A stretch of DNA of 64,000 nucleotides, from NCBI GenBank assembly GCA_965238005.1, contig OZ250165.1:1664001-1728000 (forward strand), in the 5' to 3' direction. This stretch comes from Longimicrobiales bacterium (lineage in GTDB: Bacteria; Gemmatimonadota; Gemmatimonadetes; Longimicrobiales; Gaopeijiaceae). How positions within the stretch are numbered: position 1 is the stretch's first letter; each line of letters starts with the position of its first letter. A model generated the notes under the pieces. It did not search any database. It saw only the letters and a program-made list of their open reading frames with translations, and was not told where the DNA came from. This document shows, piece after piece, positions 59,937 to 64,000 of the stretch. A program made the translations under genes and the position numbers.

Positions 59937-60513
59937 ACTTCGACCCTCCTATCTCCGATCAAGACATCCCCCATGATCGTTCCATCCCCAATTATGACGG
60001 TAAGGGTAGCCAGAACAAAAGCCCTTTCACGGGTCGGGGGATAACTTGAGGGGGAGGACCAAGGCGGTCAACATAAAGCCTTACGCCAGCGTTTGGGGGT
60101 CAAGGGAAGACAGCTGGAGCCGTTGGAGGACTGGGATCGCGATCTCTGAGCCGGAGGGGGCCTGCTGGGGCAGGCGGTCTCTATGTTTGTCTCTATGTTG
60201 GGGACGAGATTGGTGGTGTTTGGAGGCTCGTCTGACCGATGAGAGGATGACTAGACTCCATCCTCTCGAATCGTGAGCTGGCGGTCTCTGGCGCGACAGG
60301 AGCTGAAGCCACCAAGACCAGGGGCCAATGCCATGATCCAGCTGAGACAGCTAGCCCGGTGGGTTCTCGGAACGGACGAGGCCATCAGGAGACCGGCAGC
60401 GGATCGGCTTGCCCCTCTTTGGGAGCGATAGAATCGGGTTGCCCCCCCCGGCCGCTCCCCCCGGCGGTCTGGCATCAAGTATCTGCGGGAATTCGTTAGG
60501 GTGCGTGCCCTAG

Positions 60514-62115
60514 GAGTCTGCGCCGCAGAAGCACAGCTGACTGAGCCGAATGGTCATCGAGCCGTCCGCGGCGAGGCGGATCCGGGTGATTGGGAGGTTG
60601 AGGACTTGTGTCTGCGACGGATCGGGAGAGCGGAATGGATGCGTTGGGGGGGGCAAGAGAGCTACGAGAGCCCTCGCGCCGGCAGATGCGGGTGAACCCT
60701 CGTGCAGTCATGCCGCCTGAAGGGTGTGCAGCCGCTTCACATTGAGTGCCAGGCACACGAGGGTCCACTCGGCCCGGACCTTCTCGAGGCCCCGGAAGCT
60801 GAATCGTCGAAAGCCCATCACTTCCTTGATCCAGCCGATGGGCGCCTCGGCCTGCGACTTTCGCCGTGCGTAGCGTCTGCGGCCATCTTCGCTCGCCAGC
60901 TTCTCCGCCATGCGGACTTTCGCCGGATATTCCTCCTTGTCAACCGTGGGGGCGGCCTTGCCCTCCCGGGCCAGCGCCACATACCCGTCGATGTCTCGCT
61001 CTTCCAGTTCCTCGAGATCCCGCTCGTTGCAATAGCCCGTGTCCGCCAGCACCTGCGCCGGCGTCTCGCCGTACGCTTGCGCCACCGCGTCGACCATGGG
61101 CACCAGCTGGCCCTGGTCGCTCGCGTTGTCCGTCACCTCGGCCCCGACCACCAGCTGGTTCTCCCCCTCCACGACCGTCTGTGCGTTGTAGCACTGCTGG
61201 AACCCCTCCGAACTCGTCTTCATGATCCGGCTCTCAGGGTCCGTGAAGTTGCTCTGCGCCGCCTCGTCCGGCTCTCCGTACTCCCGCTTGTAGGGCCTGC
61301 CGCCCTTCGGGTTGCGCGTCTGCCCCGGCTTGCGGCCCCGTGCGTCGTCCGCCGCTCTCTGCTCGGCTTCCAGGCGCGCCTTCGCCTCCCGGATCGCCGC
61401 CAGCCGGTCCTCGCGCCGCTTGAGCTCCTCCGGCACCTCGTCTCCGCATGCTTCCTCGCCGTAGCGCTCGTCTTCCGCTTCGTCCACCGCCTCGGCCCTC
61501 TCCAACAGCCCCCGGATCTCCGCCTCCAGCCGAGGCTCCCCGGTCACCATCCGGCCGTAGCTCATCGCCTTGCGCTTGTTCGCGTTCGCCCGAACCTTCG
61601 TCCCGTCCACCGACACCCTGCCAAGCCCCGCCAGCCCCAAGGCCCGCGCGAGCATCACCACCTCCACAAACACCGCCCGGAAATCCCCGAGATGGCGCTT
61701 GCGGAACTCGCACAGCGTCCGGTGCTTCGGGAAGTTCTCCGCCGCCAGCATCCGAAACGCGACATCCTCCTCCAGCTTCCTCGCCATCTTCCGCGACGAG
61801 AAGGTGCCCGTCGCATACGCGTAGATCAGCACCTTGACCATCATCCGAGGGTCGTACGGCGAGTTGCGCCGCCCGTCCCCCCGGTACCGCCCGTAGAACG
61901 CGCTCAGCTCCACCGCGTCCACCAGGTCGCTCACATGGTGCGCCAAATGACCCTCCGACACCCACTCCCGAAGATCCGGAGGCAGCAACAACATCTGCTC
62001 CGGATCGTACGGTCGAAATGTCGTTCCCATTCACCCCCCTCGGTGATCCGCAAGCCTTCCCAATGCCTTCGCTACCACCAAAGATAGCCGCCGCAGGGTT
62101 CTGCGGCGCAGACTC
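60514..62115 (-). mobile_element. IS1182-family insertion sequence, copy 4
   Basis: Perfect 17-bp IRs; CTAG duplicated at 60510 and 62116. Confidence 0.96.
60708..62030 (-). CDS. IS1182-family transposase
   Basis: Protein identical to 10738-12060. Confidence 0.95.
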   Translation of the reverse strand: MGTTFRPYDPEQMLLLPPDLREWVSEGHLAHHVSDLVDAVELSAFYGRYRGDGRRNSPYDPRMMVKVLIYAYATGTFSSRKMARKLEEDVAFRMLAAENFPKHRTLCEFRKRHLGDFRAVFVEVVMLARALGLAGLGRVSVDGTKVRANANKRKAMSYGRMVTGEPRLEAEIRGLLERAEAVDEAEDERYGEEACGDEVPEELKRREDRLAAIREAKARLEAEQRAADDARGRKPGQTRNPKGGRPYKREYGEPDEAAQSNFTDPESRIMKTSSEGFQQCYNAQTVVEGENQLVVGAEVTDNASDQGQLVPMVDAVAQAYGETPAQVLADTGYCNERDLEELEERDIDGYVALAREGKAAPTVDKEEYPAKVRMAEKLASEDGRRRYARRKSQAEAPIGWIKEVMGFRRFSFRGLEKVRAEWTLVCLALNVKRLHTLQAA

Positions 62116-62128
62116 CTAGGGGAGAGAT

Positions 62129-62398
62129 ATGCCCTCGCCGCGTCAGCGAATCTTGAAGGCCGTGGTCTCGGAACCGCCTTCTCAGTTCGTGTCGGACCAC
62201 CTTATAGAACGGATCCCATACCTGTTCTGGCGGCACGTCGGGTCCGGTCAGTACGATACCGTGCGTCTCTCCGAGGAAGCAGCCGAATACTTCCAGCGGC
62301 GGGACGTGGAGGTACAGCTGATGTCCACTCCCGAGGCGCTTACCGTGTGGAACGACGCGCCGAAGAAGAGCATCGGGCTCTTCCATGTGACATGCTGA
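62129..62398 (+). pseudogene. Mth938/DUF498-like C-terminal fragment with unrelated 5' part
   Basis: VGSGQ...V.LS.EA..YF......V....TPEA...WN.......LFHVTC. Confidence 0.6.
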
Positions 62399-62449
62399 TG
62401 CCCGAGGACAGCGGCGCCGCGTGGGGAGTGACGCCGCCTCGGTAGGGCG

Positions 62450-63376
62450 TCAATTCAACCCGTCGAAAAGCTGCTCCATGCGCCTTCGCATCCGCTCATC
62501 CGGCAGCCGCCCGAGCCCGGCCCCCATGTTATCGGCCAGATGCTCGGGGTCCGAAGTCGCCGGGATGACCGCCGTCACAGCCGGATGGGCCAGGATGTAC
62601 TTCAGGAAGAACTGCCCCCAACTGTTACAATCGAATTTGTCCGCCCACGCCGGGAGTTCGTGTCCCTGTACTACGCGGAATAGCCGGCCGACGTTATAGG
62701 GCTCGTTGACAAGGACCGCGAGTCCCTTGTCCTGCGCCAGCGGCAGCAGCCGCTCGGCGGCCTGCCGCTCCCCAATGGAGTAGTTGAGCTGCACGAAGTC
62801 CAAGGGCTCACTCCGCATCACCTGCTCCATTCGCTCGAACTGACGGGCGAATGATGTGGTGATGCCCACATACCGGGTGCGGCCCTCCTCTTTGGCCTTG
62901 CGGATCGTGGGCAAATGAATTTCCACCCCACGGAGATTGTGAACCTGGTTCAGATCGATGATGTCACGGCCCCAGGCGCGCATCGACGATTCCTGTTGTT
63001 GCATTCCGGCCTCGCGGCCGCCACGAGTCGAGACCTTGGTGGCGAAGAACAGCTCGTCCTGAATCCCCAGTTCCTGCACCAAAGCACCCGCCACTTTTTC
63101 TGAAGTGCCATAGGTGGGAGCCGTATCGAAGACCGTCCCACCGGCCTCCCGAAAGAGCCGGAGCACTTCCTTCAGGCGCGCGCGTTCGGCAGCCGACTCA
63201 CCCACGTTAAACGTTCGTGCGCTGCCGAGGCCCACGGCTGGAACGACTTCGCCCGACGACGGGATCGTGCGGGTGAGGATCGCGGGTGATTGGGCGAAAG
63301 CTGGGAAGCGGTTCAGGAACAGGGCCGCGCCGGTCCCGGCGCTGACCTGCAGCATTTCTCGACGGGTGATTTTCAT
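62450..63376 (-). CDS. Tat-signal aldo/keto reductase
   Basis: TRREML signal, P.VGLGS, DTAPTYG.SE, ATK, DL.QVHN, QLNYS, VIPATS...HL.DN. Confidence 0.92.
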   Translation of the reverse strand: MKITRREMLQVSAGTGAALFLNRFPAFAQSPAILTRTIPSSGEVVPAVGLGSARTFNVGESAAERARLKEVLRLFREAGGTVFDTAPTYGTSEKVAGALVQELGIQDELFFATKVSTRGGREAGMQQQESSMRAWGRDIIDLNQVHNLRGVEIHLPTIRKAKEEGRTRYVGITTSFARQFERMEQVMRSEPLDFVQLNYSIGERQAAERLLPLAQDKGLAVLVNEPYNVGRLFRVVQGHELPAWADKFDCNSWGQFFLKYILAHPAVTAVIPATSDPEHLADNMGAGLGRLPDERMRRRMEQLFDGLN

Positions 63377-63498
63377 ATTGATCGCTCCAAGTCGGCACGC
63401 ATAACCCACGTCCTCCCGGGAGCATCCCACATGTAAGGGCAGCATCGGCGGGCGCGAGTCAACGTGCAGCCAAGTGTCTGGCCGCCGCAAGCAGGCTT

Positions 63499-63570
63499 AT
63501 GGAGCGGATCTGGCGGGAGGAGGGGCTCAAAGTGCCCAGACGGCAACCGAGACGGGGCCGACTGTGGCTC
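63499..63570 (+). pseudogene. IS3 (IS407-group-like) OrfB fragment
   Basis: ERIWREEGLKVPRRQPRRGRLWL. Confidence 0.65.
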
Positions 63571-63754
63571 AGCAGCACCAGCGGCCGCTCGCGCTGGGGC
63601 TGCCGGTTTTGTTGTAGCGGTCAATTCGCGACGCTTCGTTTGCGTCGCCCGGCGGGAGACCGTAGCGTGTCGTACTTGCCAGATGGAGCCGGGGACGCCC
63701 CCCAAGCTTCGTCGCACTTCATCGCCGTAGCAGCGTAACCGTAAGGAGACCCTG

Positions 63755-64000
63755 ATGCCGGAATTCACGATCACTCGTCAGATCGCGGCTCCGGTGGAGA
63801 GAGTGTGGGAAGTGCTCGATGACTTCGGGGACATTCAGCGATGGAGCCCCGGCGTCACCAGCTCTGAACTGACATCCGACGGCCCGGTGAGCGAGGGGTC
63901 CACCCGACACTGCGACTTCGCACCACTCGGCGGCGTCAACGAGCGCATCGATAAGTACGAGCCGAATCGGCGCATGACGGTCAATCTCTATGAAACGTTC
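63755..64000 (+). CDS. SRPBCC family protein, 3'-partial
   Basis: AAGGAG RBS; I.AP.ERVW..L.DF..I..W.PGV..S...G....GSTR.C. Confidence 0.85.
   Translation, partial: MPEFTITRQIAAPVERVWEVLDDFGDIQRWSPGVTSSELTSDGPVSEGSTRHCDFAPLGGVNERIDKYEPNRRMTVNLYETF

Noticed and set aside
63394..63421. Second dif-like site (GGCACGCATAA)
   Set aside because: XerC-like arm only; no XerD arm at 6-bp spacing.

Overview
GC-rich bacterial window, most likely from Gemmatimonadota (inferred from the 'MSDPV.RLNAALEGRY.IERELG.GGMATVYLA' kinase/TolB-propeller family and the BTAD-TPR and Sel1 lipoprotein families). It is an accessory region undergoing heavy decay. Mobile content: three copies of one IS3 element, four copies of one CTAG-targeting IS1182 element (two as a fused tandem dimer), an IS256 nested in an IS3, a second IS3-like element, and IS110/IS481/IS3/integrase relics. 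There are tRNA-Arg(CCT) and tRNA-Pro(TGG) genes, plus separate 5' and 3' halves of tRNA-Arg with integrase arm-type repeats, and a XerCD dif-like site. Repeated 5' and 3' stubs of a Ser/Thr kinase gene bracket unrelated cargo genes, and many genes are internally collapsed. Intact-looking genes include a kinase, a serpin, an S9 peptidase, MscS, TauE, an amidohydrolase, HmuY, a dehydratase, a Sel1 protein, cysH, an RND adaptor and an aldo/keto reductase. The most notable signal is upstream of cysH (55281-55777): two consecutive, unannotated poly-cysteine leader peptides, each overlapping an antiterminator and followed by an intrinsic terminator. This looks like tandem cysteine-sensing ribosomal transcription attenuation of sulfate assimilation.
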